Of a stretch of DNA of 64,000 nucleotides, positions 20,480 through 30,803 are shown piece after piece. Numbering within the stretch: the stretch's first letter is position 1; each line of letters starts with the position of its first letter. The position numbers were made by a program, and so were the translations under genes. Where the stretch lies: the IMG/VR virus record IMGVR_UViG_3300050122_000263, positions 434,001 through 498,000 of that record; one strand, written 5' to 3'. The notes under the pieces were generated by a model. That model was not told where the DNA came from. It was given only the letters and a program-made list of their open reading frames with translations, and searched no databases.

Positions 20480-22024
20480 ATGGAGTTTCAGATGCAGGAG
20501 CCTAGCTCAAAACGAGCGATTGAACCTGAGAAGGAGTGCCAGATAGATGTCCTATTAAATGAGTATAAGTCTGATGTAACTTGTTCCACCCTTCGCTGGC
20601 TCAAGGAACACGGCATTACTCAGAAGCAAGTGAAGGATTGGTTAGAAGAGAGACGTCTCGTATTTCCATGGAGCACTCGGTACGATTCTGTACGACTCTA
20701 CTACAACCGTCTGATCCAGTACTTTCCCCTTATGCTAGTCAGAGTCAGGAAGCAGAGTGATATTCAATGGGCTCTGCGCTTCTGTCATCATTATAAGGCC
20801 CCGTTTGCTATCCGCAGTGGAGCTCACAGTACAGCCGGCTTCTCCGCTTCCACAGGCGTTATCATTGATTTGATGAAGTATGATAGGGTGAAGATCCTAT
20901 CTCATGAGAAGGGGCTAGTCAGAGTGGCTGCTGGAGCTCGAATTGGTGAAGTGGCTAAGATACTGGCTCAATCTGGGTTAGCTCTGGTGGCCGGTACATG
21001 TCAAAACACAGGTGTGGGTGGCCTGACTTTGGGCGGAGGTCTTGGCTTCTTAACTCGCAAATATGGGCTAACCATTGACAGTGTGGTAGAGCTCAATATT
21101 ATCCTGGCTAATGGTAGGCGCGTGACAGCCAACAAAGAGAGTCATCCTCAGCTGTTCTGGGCTTGTTGTGGGGCAGGCAACGGCAACTTCGGTGTTGTCA
21201 CTAGCTTTGTCTTCCAGACTTATCGAATCAAGGAAGTTGTTTTGTTCCAACTTTGGTTTGAGAAGAAGTACTTGAAGCCTGTATTTGAGTTTTGGCAGGG
21301 CTGGTGCTCCACAACAGATCCGAGTTTGACCACCGAACTCAAGATACGCAATGATGCTAGTAAACCTGGTCACATCTTGATTGAGGGGCAAGGCGATCCC
21401 TCCCCTTGTCGTAGGAAAGAATGTCCCAGCCCTTGCGACCCAACCAAGCATGTGGAGCATCTCATCACTCCTTTCTTCCAATGGGCGCCTAAGGTCAAGA
21501 TCTGGCTGACCAGTTTTGCTGATGCTGTTCGTCACTTCTCAACTCCGATTCCAGATATGTTCTTCAAGTATAACACGTCATTCGTTTACCGTCCTCTTCC
21601 GCGGAAGGCCATTAATATTATCGACAAGGCCTTCTCAGAAACGCCACCACAAATCTACATCTCATTCCACTCATTTGGAGGGCGTGTAGCTGAGATTGGT
21701 GAGTCAGAGACCGCTTTCCGTTGGCGCAAGTCGCTGTATTGGTTGTACATCCGCTCTTCTTGGAAAGATCCCCAGTTACAGGAGCAGCTACAAGCGGTTA
21801 ATGAGCGCATCTATCTACAACTCTGGCCCTTCCTAACTTCGGAGTTCAAAGTGCCTCGACTGTATGCGAACTTTAACGCCTTTAATGTTGGGCCTAAATA
21901 TGGGGAGGCTTATTGGGGTAAGAATTATAAAGCTCTACGCGTGATCAAGGCCTGCTATGATCCGGACAATTTCTTCACTTCGCCCCAACCGATCCAGCCT
22001 GCTAAGGTGATTACTGTGGAGTAA
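20480..22024 (+). CDS. FAD-linked oxidase, berberine-bridge-enzyme/AA7-like (FAD_binding_4 + BBE domain)
   Basis: AIRSGAHS, GTCQNTGVGGLTLGGGLG, GAGNGNFGVVTSF, YANF and YWGKNYKALRVIKACYDPDNFF. Confidence 0.92.
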   Translation: MEFQMQEPSSKRAIEPEKECQIDVLLNEYKSDVTCSTLRWLKEHGITQKQVKDWLEERRLVFPWSTRYDSVRLYYNRLIQYFPLMLVRVRKQSDIQWALRFCHHYKAPFAIRSGAHSTAGFSASTGVIIDLMKYDRVKILSHEKGLVRVAAGARIGEVAKILAQSGLALVAGTCQNTGVGGLTLGGGLGFLTRKYGLTIDSVVELNIILANGRRVTANKESHPQLFWACCGAGNGNFGVVTSFVFQTYRIKEVVLFQLWFEKKYLKPVFEFWQGWCSTTDPSLTTELKIRNDASKPGHILIEGQGDPSPCRRKECPSPCDPTKHVEHLITPFFQWAPKVKIWLTSFADAVRHFSTPIPDMFFKYNTSFVYRPLPRKAINIIDKAFSETPPQIYISFHSFGGRVAEIGESETAFRWRKSLYWLYIRSSWKDPQLQEQLQAVNERIYLQLWPFLTSEFKVPRLYANFNAFNVGPKYGEAYWGKNYKALRVIKACYDPDNFFTSPQPIQPAKVITVE

Positions 22025-22037
22025 ATGTGGAGTAACC

Positions 22038-22059
22038 ATCATATCTAGCTAGATATGAT
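22038..22059. terminator. Perfect 22-bp palindrome; first copy of a 19-bp direct repeat
   Basis: atcatatctagctagatatgat. Confidence 0.75.
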
Positions 22060-22081
22060 TACCATCATAAGAATCGAGCAT

Positions 22082-22414
22082 TTAAGCAATCATACAGGAA
22101 TGGTCTTTTATATCAACCCCGGCTAACCAACCTCCCATTGTTGATGGAGAAAATTGAATAGATCTTCTCTCATTATATATCAGTATATAAGATCCTCTCC
22201 AATTAGAAAATCTATTACTAGATGCCGCCTGGTCAGAGCCGTTAGGACATATAATTTGTCCATAGTGTTGTAATTTAGTTTGTAGATTACAGAGAGCCTC
22301 TTCTGGGGTAGCACCCCAGCTCTGTTGATAATTGAAGCTAGGCAGCTCAGGACCATGGGAATATAATGCCATTTCTATGTTATTTATTTCACGGGCCTCT
22401 ATGCTTTGGCACAT
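22082..22414 (-). CDS. Small AT-rich hypothetical protein with a HicB-like GxTxEEAxxN motif
   Basis: 110 aa; SWGATPEEALCNLQ; about 39% GC by hand count of 300 nt vs about 50% in the neighbouring oxidase. Confidence 0.5.
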   Translation of the reverse strand: MCQSIEAREINNIEMALYSHGPELPSFNYQQSWGATPEEALCNLQTKLQHYGQIICPNGSDQAASSNRFSNWRGSYILIYNERRSIQFSPSTMGGWLAGVDIKDHSCMIA

Positions 22415-22436
22415 GATTAATTCCGGCTAAACCGTT

Positions 22437-22455
22437 ATATCTAGCTAGATATGAT
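22437..22455. repeat. Second copy of the 19-bp palindromic direct repeat
   Basis: atatctagctagatatgat, identical to 22041-22059. Confidence 0.85.
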
Positions 22456-22476
22456 CATTGAAATCTTATCTATTTA

Positions 22477-25083
22477 TTGGAAATCGCTATGGAACCACCA
22501 CCGATCCGCCTAGTGCTACCGAGCTTTGTGCTGATCATTCCTGCAGACAAAGCCAATCGCTCTAGGGTGCTACGTGGAGTATATGCTTTCAATCAAGAAC
22601 TCAGGAGAGAAGGGGATATCTACCAGCAGTTCACTGTACCGTTAGATGAGTTACCTGAATCTGTGCTTACCAGTGTTGAGCAGCAACAAGCGTTAACCAG
22701 CTATGTGGGGTATCTCTTCGATCTAGCTCCTTTACCAGAGCAACATAATACTACAGCGCTACTTGCAGCCTTATCCGTAGGACGTCTGCTGGAGTGCCAA
22801 GAACTTATGTGTCAAAGGTTGAGTGAGATAGCTCGACTCTACTTCGGCCGTGCTGGCTTCGATCAATTGCCTGATGCGGAATTTATGATCTGGCTTTTTG
22901 GCCTCGCTCCACAGCAGGCAGCCACGTATCTGAAACAGTTCTCCAACCATATCTACGAACAGGATAGTTTTAACCGAGAGATTCTGTTGTATTGGCAAAC
23001 GTTGATCCAGGCTAACGAGCAATATGCTTACGCGTTGCAACCACACGGCTACCCATTTACTCGCAGAGAGCGGATTGATCGTCTAGCACCTAGTCTTTTT
23101 CTGTTGGATCCCTTACGCAACTCTCCACAGGTAGAGGACTATATGGGGGCTGATGTGGTGGCATTTATCGAACCAGATGCTTACAAGAATGCTCCGCCTC
23201 CTGTTGAGTTAGTTACAAAAGAATTAGTTGTTGAGCGTATCAGTCAAACCTTCCCGCTTATTATCCGACTCAATGAGAGATTAAGGGATATTGTCGTTCA
23301 GCGCTTCCCAGCTCTTGATGCTGGCTTTATCTTCGGGGGAGAGTTGTTCACAATTTTGCTTGATAAGTGGCTTTTCACCTATTTCAATGATAAACCAACC
23401 ATCACATTGAGTATATATGGACCAACTCAAGCTGTTAGAGCCCAAATTTCGGAACTGTTATTTGACGAGCTATCGGCCACATGGGAGGTCAACAAATTGC
23501 ATCAAGGTCGCCTGACAGCTATAATGTTCAATGGACACCACTATATTGTTACGTTACTCAATGATGATCGAGCTCACACTCCTCTAGAAGCCCTAATGGA
23601 TATGCCCCTCTCTAGCACACAAGTTGGTTACGACGTGCATAGAGGTTTGGTCTGCTCAGCCGCATTCTCTTTGTATTATCGAAAGCGTCAGGATGTTATT
23701 CTGAGTTACGGCGTCCCAGAACGCAGTGCAATCAAAACTCTGTATCGCGGCTTCTCCCTGCGTGTGATCGCTCCCTATGCTTACGTACTAGTGCAGGTTT
23801 CGCGATACAAGAGGAGACTGGAAGCATACATTCAAGAAACTCCTTTAATGCGTATCTCCAATGTTACCCTCATCAAAGGGCAACCGCTCTTGTTGATTGC
23901 TGATCCTCAAGCACCTCGTCTAGGGCGGGCTGACGAACCAAATGCCGTTGATCCACGCGCATTTACACATGCTGATCGTGCTATAGAGGCAAAACTACTG
24001 GGACAATGGGGACAGTATTATTTCCTGCCTTATAAACAGGGCGGTAATATCAGCATAGAATTTAACGGCGCCATGTCAGTTGCTGACATAAAACAGATCG
24101 CTTTACAAGCTGCCCTAGATAGAGGGGATTACGAGCTCGGATCAAATATCGTAATTGGCTCCAACGTCTTTCAGACAACACCTCTGATTAAGGTTTTTTG
24201 GGGTTACAGACATCTCTTCGGAATACGCGCCGCCGACCTCACGAGGGAACATATTATTCCCTCGTTTTTCATGACAGGGGCTCAGCTCAAACTCTTCGTC
24301 AGAAACTGTCGTATAAGCCAGGCAGATCAATACAATTTTGCCTGGCAGCACAATAGTCCCAATACGCTGATCCGGAAAGCGACGAGAGTTTTTGTCGAAC
24401 GTGATCCACGACAGGTGGAGAATGGGCCGCCACCTGTGCCTGCCATGCCAGCAGCACCCGAACTTAAACCGTTTAGACAGCGTAAACTAGTTGCCGTACA
24501 AACACAAGAGAATCCTGGGCCTCTCGATCATCCAGAGATGTTACGTATGGAGCGCTACGAATATCCAGTCCGGTTGACAGGCATCATTCAGCTAACTGGA
24601 GATCCCACTGCGCCTGAGGATCTACATGAACCACTGATGCTGACTGCAGAGGAAGAAAGAAATATGATAACTCTTGATCTTACTCAGCCTCTGCAGATGC
24701 GACAGGTGGAAGACTACTTCTTTCTGTCTAATACAGAGTATGTTAGACAGATGCTTGCGTACCGGGCAATGTTCGATGAAATCAGAGAACTCAGTAATGA
24801 TGCGTTTAGAATGAATCAAGAAGATGTTATTCGACGAGGAGATGCTCTGGACTTTACGGAGCAGATCCGGGGTATGCAAGCTGGTCTGCCTCGCTACATC
24901 CGCATTATATTTGATGTCCACATCGCACAATGGATGTTCTTGGATGAAGCCCATTGGTTGATGAGCTTCCAAGATATGTTAGCCTCCCAGTTGAACTGTG
25001 TTTTGTTTCGTCGATTCCAGCGCCGGAAAGGAGTTGATATGGTTCATTATTTCATCACACAGGGCTTCAAGCAGCTACCTTAA
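22477..25083 (+). CDS. Nucleotidyltransferase-like family member B, catalytically degenerate
   Basis: Homologous to 14775 and 55212 (YPFTRRERIDRLAPSLFLLDPL, QVGYD, LYRGF, FLDEAHW), but DVD is replaced by TIT and NFD by DMP. Confidence 0.75.
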   Translation: MEIAMEPPPIRLVLPSFVLIIPADKANRSRVLRGVYAFNQELRREGDIYQQFTVPLDELPESVLTSVEQQQALTSYVGYLFDLAPLPEQHNTTALLAALSVGRLLECQELMCQRLSEIARLYFGRAGFDQLPDAEFMIWLFGLAPQQAATYLKQFSNHIYEQDSFNREILLYWQTLIQANEQYAYALQPHGYPFTRRERIDRLAPSLFLLDPLRNSPQVEDYMGADVVAFIEPDAYKNAPPPVELVTKELVVERISQTFPLIIRLNERLRDIVVQRFPALDAGFIFGGELFTILLDKWLFTYFNDKPTITLSIYGPTQAVRAQISELLFDELSATWEVNKLHQGRLTAIMFNGHHYIVTLLNDDRAHTPLEALMDMPLSSTQVGYDVHRGLVCSAAFSLYYRKRQDVILSYGVPERSAIKTLYRGFSLRVIAPYAYVLVQVSRYKRRLEAYIQETPLMRISNVTLIKGQPLLLIADPQAPRLGRADEPNAVDPRAFTHADRAIEAKLLGQWGQYYFLPYKQGGNISIEFNGAMSVADIKQIALQAALDRGDYELGSNIVIGSNVFQTTPLIKVFWGYRHLFGIRAADLTREHIIPSFFMTGAQLKLFVRNCRISQADQYNFAWQHNSPNTLIRKATRVFVERDPRQVENGPPPVPAMPAAPELKPFRQRKLVAVQTQENPGPLDHPEMLRMERYEYPVRLTGIIQLTGDPTAPEDLHEPLMLTAEEERNMITLDLTQPLQMRQVEDYFFLSNTEYVRQMLAYRAMFDEIRELSNDAFRMNQEDVIRRGDALDFTEQIRGMQAGLPRYIRIIFDVHIAQWMFLDEAHWLMSFQDMLASQLNCVLFRRFQRRKGVDMVHYFITQGFKQLP

Positions 25084-25153
25084 CAGTCTGTATCAAATCT
25101 ACTTATTATTCACAATACAATCAGTGTAATACTCAAGACCCATAGTTAAAATA

Positions 25154-25180
25154 AAAACGAATCTACTCCAGATTTGTTTT
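25154..25180. terminator. Hairpin downstream of 22477..25083
   Basis: aaaacgaatct-actcc-agatttgtttt. Confidence 0.55.
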
Positions 25181-25219
25181 GTTGATGAGAAATCAAAACG
25201 TTAGAAAAGTCACATATAG

Positions 25220-25861
25220 ATGTTCACATCAGGCAGCCCCGCATCAGAAGAATATTTGAGATATGAGAGTTCCATTTTCAGAAGACTCTCCTTTCCAGCG
25301 GCTGGTTTGTCACTGTTACTCTCTTTAACCAATATCTGGGTTCTGTCTGAGCAGCCAACCAAGCTACTTGGTCCTGACTACTTCATGTTGTTGTTCTGGA
25401 TTATGACCACTCTTGGCCCTTGTCTGGCATATATTGATTTCCTAGCTTTACTCGCTTGGCTCAACTCTGTGGTGGCTTCAGCCTCGACTCCAGCCCCAGC
25501 TTCAGAGCCTGCTCCAGAGCTGAAATACAAAGATATCAGAGCCAAGCTAGCTCGCTTCTTCCACAATCATAACGCCCAATCCGTCACAATCAAACTCTTC
25601 ACCGCCCTGATCTTAGCCGATGTTGCTTGGATCTTCACCTTTTACACCCACTACTACAAGTTGGCCTATGTTGCGGCTTGGCTGCGAATTGGCATCTGTC
25701 TGGTATCAAGCATTCCGTTCCGGGCTGAAGCTCCCACTATCACTTACTGTCTGTTGCCTGGCATCCTCTTCTACATGTACAACGCTTTTGCCTTGACACC
25801 TGAACTTTTCTCTGACTGTAATGCCGCCCTCTGTCAGTTCCTTAACAGTGTATCACAATAG
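25220..25861 (+). CDS. Multi-pass membrane protein
   Basis: 213 aa with about 5 hydrophobic segments. Confidence 0.65.
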   Translation: MFTSGSPASEEYLRYESSIFRRLSFPAAGLSLLLSLTNIWVLSEQPTKLLGPDYFMLLFWIMTTLGPCLAYIDFLALLAWLNSVVASASTPAPASEPAPELKYKDIRAKLARFFHNHNAQSVTIKLFTALILADVAWIFTFYTHYYKLAYVAAWLRIGICLVSSIPFRAEAPTITYCLLPGILFYMYNAFALTPELFSDCNAALCQFLNSVSQ

Positions 25862-25969
25862 ATAGCTTCAGATGAACATAATTAAAAACATCTGATCAAA
25901 TGTTTCCTAGCTTGAAATCTGTCAATATGGCTCCTTCCACAAGACAGAATAAGTTACCCGAAACTACCC

Positions 25970-25994
25970 AAAAATCCCTACGTTAGGGATTTTT
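25970..25994. terminator. Bidirectional hairpin (AAAAATCCCTA family)
   Basis: aaaaatcccta-cgt-tagggattttt; stem identical to 2175-2200. Confidence 0.75.
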
Positions 25995-26000
25995 TTACAT

Positions 26001-27506
26001 CTAAAAGCCGTAGAGGCCGCCCATGATCTGGATGATCATACGGCGCAGCTTCTTGGCTGATGGCAGCTCGCTCATCGTGTTGAGGCGACGCTCGATAAGC
26101 ACAGTGACCTGTAACGCCAGTTTCTGGTCCTCCTCACTAACTTCAGGCAGAAGTAGTGCAAACATATAGATCGCCTTTAAGAGAGGGTCATTCTCCACAC
26201 GAGCTCGATTAAGTGCGTCTTGCTCAGTCTCCCAATGTTGCTCGAGTACCTGAATGTGACTGGGATTTCTCTCCACCATCTTCAGACAGGCCTTATCAAA
26301 GTGGTCACCTTTAACGATCTTCCGAAGATGCTGTAAGAGACGGAGCGTCGATTTACTTGCCTTTACGGTGGTTGACTCAGCTTCCTTTCTCTGTTGAAGG
26401 GCTTGCTTCAACAGTCTCATGTTGTTGTGTTTGCGGCAGAAGAGGGATTGTATTCCATCATGGCCTGTGATAGTGGGACGAGAGCAAGATTTCTTCTTAC
26501 AGTTCAACTGGCTGAATTCCTCACTTAAGGCCTCATCCGAGGGTTCGTCCGGAATATTTGTTCTCGGACTGTAAGCAGGGTAGTCTGGACAGTCGTGGAA
26601 GCAACATCGATCCTTCACCAGCACCATGTTACAGGTATCTCCCACATGCGACTTCTTGTTGCAGAACAGCAATCCCTGCAACCAGTAAGGCATGTGGCTC
26701 TTGTCCAGGATATCGCTCTGATAGATACATTCATCGCAGAGCAGAATGTCAACCCGAACAGAAGGGGCGTCTATCAGCATGTCTGGGTTGAGAGCGTATG
26801 TGACATGCTGATAGATCTGATTGCTACAGCGTCGCTCATGCCTCAAGTCGAAATATTCACAGCTTCCCTGAATAATGTCCCTTGGGTTGTGATGCTTCTT
26901 CTTGTTACAATCGGTGCAGAGACGATAGATATCAAGATTGGGCTCCTCACGAAAAATGACACCTGCCTTGTTACGCTGTTGTTCTCTGCATTTCGCAATA
27001 TGACAGAGAGGAGCTTGTTTGATCAGCAGCTCTTGCAAGAGTTCCTTGTCTGTATGTATCTCACAGGTGCCAACATGTTCTCGGAAGGGCATGTTGGAGC
27101 AGCCTTTCTGATTACACGTTTTGTGTTTCAGCTTGGCATATTCTTGTACCACATTGAAGAGCCCATAAGGATATTCCGTCCTTTCGATGATCTCTTTGCG
27201 TTCACTGCATCGCTTACAGATGAGGAGTGGACCCTCCACATAAGGTAGAGAGTATGTTTGTGTTGCCCTGCCGTGACACTGGACTCCAGTAACACTGCAT
27301 TCACAGCCGATGAGACCGTATGGTTTCATTTCTTCTCCGTAGAGTTCTTCACAACGTAGACAGTGGCGAATTAAATCCTTCTGATGTGACAGAGGAGAAG
27401 CCTTGGTAGCGAGACGACCACAGGGATTGCCTTCAACCTTCACTTGACATGTCATGGCTAGTTTTCTCATTTGTTCTTGATGATTGAGTTTGAACGAAGT
27501 CTCCAC
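26001..27506 (-). CDS. Cys/His-rich multi-Zn-finger protein with helical C-terminus
   Basis: 501 aa; repeated C-x4-C...C-x2-H and CxxC units; annotated start is GTG, so MRKLAM may be the real start. Confidence 0.75.
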   Translation of the reverse strand: METSFKLNHQEQMRKLAMTCQVKVEGNPCGRLATKASPLSHQKDLIRHCLRCEELYGEEMKPYGLIGCECSVTGVQCHGRATQTYSLPYVEGPLLICKRCSERKEIIERTEYPYGLFNVVQEYAKLKHKTCNQKGCSNMPFREHVGTCEIHTDKELLQELLIKQAPLCHIAKCREQQRNKAGVIFREEPNLDIYRLCTDCNKKKHHNPRDIIQGSCEYFDLRHERRCSNQIYQHVTYALNPDMLIDAPSVRVDILLCDECIYQSDILDKSHMPYWLQGLLFCNKKSHVGDTCNMVLVKDRCCFHDCPDYPAYSPRTNIPDEPSDEALSEEFSQLNCKKKSCSRPTITGHDGIQSLFCRKHNNMRLLKQALQQRKEAESTTVKASKSTLRLLQHLRKIVKGDHFDKACLKMVERNPSHIQVLEQHWETEQDALNRARVENDPLLKAIYMFALLLPEVSEEDQKLALQVTVLIERRLNTMSELPSAKKLRRMIIQIMGGLYGF

Positions 27507-27713
27507 TAATAGGGCGTGTGCCTATTTACTCGAAGAAATAAATAACATCACAGGCTCATTTTCTCTTATGCTCGGGTAGATTGGCTCATGTTATTGGGCT
27601 GAATAGATGGATAATTCACCTGGTGTCTCTCATTCTAATAATAGAGGGATATAAAGCTGAAACTTTTTTGTAATGTTACAAACAACACTGTTTTTGAAAT
27701 AGCGTTAATAGTC

Positions 27714-27983
27714 TCACTCATTTAGGGACAGTTGGTTACAGCTTGGACAGCGTGAGCTTCGAGTATCAGAGCGACCGTCTTTATCTTCTGTGTAGTACAC
27801 AGTGATTTTGCGACAGTACATCACATGATGGGCAATACAATAGATCATACTATGATTTAGCTGTCTACAGTCTGAGTGAGCACAGAAAATAGTTTGCATC
27901 GCACTCCAGCTTTTGCGCTTAGTATTGCCGGATGGCTGCTCTAAACCATAGCCACTGACAAGATTGGTTTCCATTTGTTGCAT
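27714..27983 (-). CDS. Small Cys-rich hypothetical protein
   Basis: 89-aa ATG ORF with CxxxxC and CxxC motifs filling an intergenic gap. Confidence 0.45.
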   Translation of the reverse strand: MQQMETNLVSGYGLEQPSGNTKRKSWSAMQTIFCAHSDCRQLNHSMIYCIAHHVMYCRKITVYYTEDKDGRSDTRSSRCPSCNQLSLNE

Positions 27984-28005
27984 CTCTGTTTATTTATCTT
28001 TCAAG

Positions 28006-28026
28006 ACAACCCTATTTGAGGGTTGT
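28006..28026. terminator. Hairpin downstream of 28036..29304
   Basis: acaaccct-atttg-agggttgt followed by a T run. Confidence 0.6.
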
Positions 28027-28035
28027 TTTTATTTT

Positions 28036-29304
28036 TTATTTTGGCCCAGCACCGCAGCTATAGTCTGGCAACATACTTAAAGCGGCTTGTAAGTAGTGCT
28101 TGGCCTCTTGACTCCTGCACTCAAGTTGTCTATATGCCAGGGTGAGTCGTTCAATCTCTACCTGATAAGGTGTTATACAAGAGCATTGTTGATTGACGGG
28201 CTGCATCTTCTGCATTTCTTGTGTCAGATTGGCCACTCTGTTCTCAGCGGCAAAGAGGGCGAAACTCAGCTCCTGGATGGCCTGATCCTGCTCCTTAATC
28301 TTGGCCAACAACTGTTGCTCTGAGGGACTTGTCAACTTGAACTTCTCTATGATTGGGACATCGGTTGTGTTGGAGGGAATGGATGGAACGTCTGGCACCA
28401 TCGGAGCTGAGATTAAGACCGAGGTTGGAATTTCCTCCATAACAGGTGTTGTACCAGAAGCTGAAGTAACTGTTGATGTGGGAATTGGTGGTGGATTAAT
28501 CATATCAGCTTCCTCGTATCGCAGGGGTAGAACCCAGATCTTCTCCTCATGGGCCTTATTGCTCTTCTGTCCCAGCTTGAAGTGAAAAGTGCCCCTGAGT
28601 CGCTTTTCGAACGAGAGGAGATCTGCTTCGAAATGGTACGTCTTCTTTGCACCCTTGACCTTGGCCGGCACATAGGACAAGCAATAGCGGACAGTTCGCT
28701 GCTTGTCCTGATTGTGGCGAACTGTGGCGAGTGCAAGCGTGGCCAACCCATGTTGTAGCAAGGTTTGAATGAAAAAGAGAACAGAGGGGGCTGTGTGTAG
28801 AAAATCTATCTTCTCAATAGCTTCACTTGGTGAATAAGGCGTCTGAAGCTCAACTATGCTGAAGGCCTGGGGTAGTTTTCGTCTCTTCCATCCCAGCTCT
28901 GAGGTCATGGTCAATGGTATGGCTGATCTGGAGGCTGATTTGAGAGTTGTTCTAGAAGCTGATTTGGGGGCTATTGAAGAGATTGATGGCAGAAGTTGAG
29001 TGGCTTCTGCCACTAAAGCTAGCAGATTGCGAGTGTCTTTCTGTACAGCCTTGCCGCTAATGACGGGACTGTTATCAGAACTATAACCACTTTCGGTGCT
29101 CATATCAGAGTCAGTCCTGGAGAATGTGGAGGTGGATGTCTTGCTCATTTTGAAGTTGACACGCTTAGTGCCGGTCTTACTCTTAATAACCTTGGTAGTG
29201 CGGATCTCTGCACTTTCGTGCGTCATTTGAGGTGTCTCTGGGCTGGCCAGTCCAGCAGCCAGGACATCTTCCACATTCTTTCTTTTCTGCGTTGTTTCTT
29301 CCAT
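28036..29304 (-). CDS. Hypothetical protein with Ser/Thr/Lys-rich N-terminus and C-terminal coiled coil
   Basis: 422-aa ORF; heptad-like QQLLAKIKEQDQAIQELS region. Confidence 0.75.
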   Translation of the reverse strand: MEETTQKRKNVEDVLAAGLASPETPQMTHESAEIRTTKVIKSKTGTKRVNFKMSKTSTSTFSRTDSDMSTESGYSSDNSPVISGKAVQKDTRNLLALVAEATQLLPSISSIAPKSASRTTLKSASRSAIPLTMTSELGWKRRKLPQAFSIVELQTPYSPSEAIEKIDFLHTAPSVLFFIQTLLQHGLATLALATVRHNQDKQRTVRYCLSYVPAKVKGAKKTYHFEADLLSFEKRLRGTFHFKLGQKSNKAHEEKIWVLPLRYEEADMINPPPIPTSTVTSASGTTPVMEEIPTSVLISAPMVPDVPSIPSNTTDVPIIEKFKLTSPSEQQLLAKIKEQDQAIQELSFALFAAENRVANLTQEMQKMQPVNQQCSCITPYQVEIERLTLAYRQLECRSQEAKHYLQAALSMLPDYSCGAGPK

Positions 29305-29450
29305 GATGAATCGAGTTAGTAAGTTGTGGTGAGCCGATTGCTATGCTGCTTTATGCAAGGCTCAAGATTTTCCCACAGCCCAAGATCAAAATTGTTGGAT
29401 ATGTCTTAAAAGTTATAGAGAATAAAGCCACAAATAAGTAAAGAGGAGTT

Positions 29451-30803
29451 ATGCAGGGATTGGGCACCTTCAATATAGGCGTAGAGATCAGTAAATCGAG
29501 ATTATCGGCGCGAAGCAAGCCATTCACCAGATTGAGGTCACGACCGCCCAAACAAGCCAGTCCCAGAGGTGTAGAGGTGCCTGCTTGGAATCTCGATCTA
29601 CAAAGGACAATGAGAGTGGCAGAGCAGAGCCCTCAGTTTTTCGAGCTATGCCGTCAATTACCTCGCATTCAAGAGGAAGTCAACATCGAGATTAATGTTG
29701 ATGGCAATGGCAATATTATCTGTGGTGCTGACAAGGAACAGATCCCATACAAATACGGTTGGTGTGAGGATAAAGAGGGGCGTATGGTGATTATGCTAGG
29801 TCAACACACTTTGTTGCAACCCTTCCCAGGTAAAGGCGATGATCCTAGTCATGAATCGTGTATCGTCTACGAGAGGAAGGGAGCCGATAGATGGGGTGTG
29901 CCACCTAGTCTGGCCTACTACAGTTCAGTTGTGAAGTCGGCCCTGTCGGGAGGTAAATACTATGCAGAACAGGATGTTCAACCTGCTTCACCTCCTCAAC
30001 CCTCTCAACCCACCTCCGAGGTTCAACCCACACCCCTTCCGGAGGAGGGGGCACTTCCCTTCTTCATTGGGGATAAGGCAGATCCACCTGCCGGCTTCTT
30101 TGAGAAGATCTATCCAAGCAATCGCGTTCACAGATTGGTTGAACAGTTCCAGGTCTTTCTACGAGGTACTGGAGCCCTCAACCCAGCTTGTTTCATGGTG
30201 CAGCTGCACTTCTGGCAGCGCAGCCCTAGGAAAGGCTCTGTCGGCAGTTCTTGCAGTTGTCCTACAGCTATCAAGTTGGATATGCTTGTACCGGAAGACA
30301 TGGCTGCAGAGCGAGTTAGAGATGTGAACATGGCTCAGCTCACTGTTATGCTGAGCCACCGGTTGGGTGGGGCCACCAGTTATGAATCCGTTGAGATCCG
30401 GCCTGATCCCTACGTTATTTTGCTTGAGCATCCTCGTCCATTATTCCTGGAATTGGAGAACTTTCCGGTCCTAGCTGAACAGATTGAGTTGAAGACACCT
30501 CAGCCAGATATTCACCTTGATCGCCCTGCCAGTCAGCTTGATCCAAACGATTTTGTCCTGACCATTCTGATTGAGAGTATTAACGACTGTCAATGTTACA
30601 CAGTTGCCTGCTACATTGCCAACACAGTACTTGAGGTTAGAGAGGCCCTAGCCAAGAAGATGGAGAAACAGGTTGAGAAACTGGCTCTCTATATGGACAA
30701 TGGAGTAACTGAAGGACACGACCGAACAAAGTTAGGCGATGAAGTTCGAGTCGGGGAGATCAGATCCATTCATATCTGTAAACTCTTCATGCTAACTTGT
30801 TAA
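29451..30803 (+). CDS. Hypothetical protein with a possible C-terminal ubiquitin-like domain; start uncertain
   Basis: C-terminal TVLEVREALAKKMEKQVEKLALYM...HDRTKLGD resembles a beta-grasp pattern. Confidence 0.6.
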   Translation: MQGLGTFNIGVEISKSRLSARSKPFTRLRSRPPKQASPRGVEVPAWNLDLQRTMRVAEQSPQFFELCRQLPRIQEEVNIEINVDGNGNIICGADKEQIPYKYGWCEDKEGRMVIMLGQHTLLQPFPGKGDDPSHESCIVYERKGADRWGVPPSLAYYSSVVKSALSGGKYYAEQDVQPASPPQPSQPTSEVQPTPLPEEGALPFFIGDKADPPAGFFEKIYPSNRVHRLVEQFQVFLRGTGALNPACFMVQLHFWQRSPRKGSVGSSCSCPTAIKLDMLVPEDMAAERVRDVNMAQLTVMLSHRLGGATSYESVEIRPDPYVILLEHPRPLFLELENFPVLAEQIELKTPQPDIHLDRPASQLDPNDFVLTILIESINDCQCYTVACYIANTVLEVREALAKKMEKQVEKLALYMDNGVTEGHDRTKLGDEVRVGEIRSIHICKLFMLTC

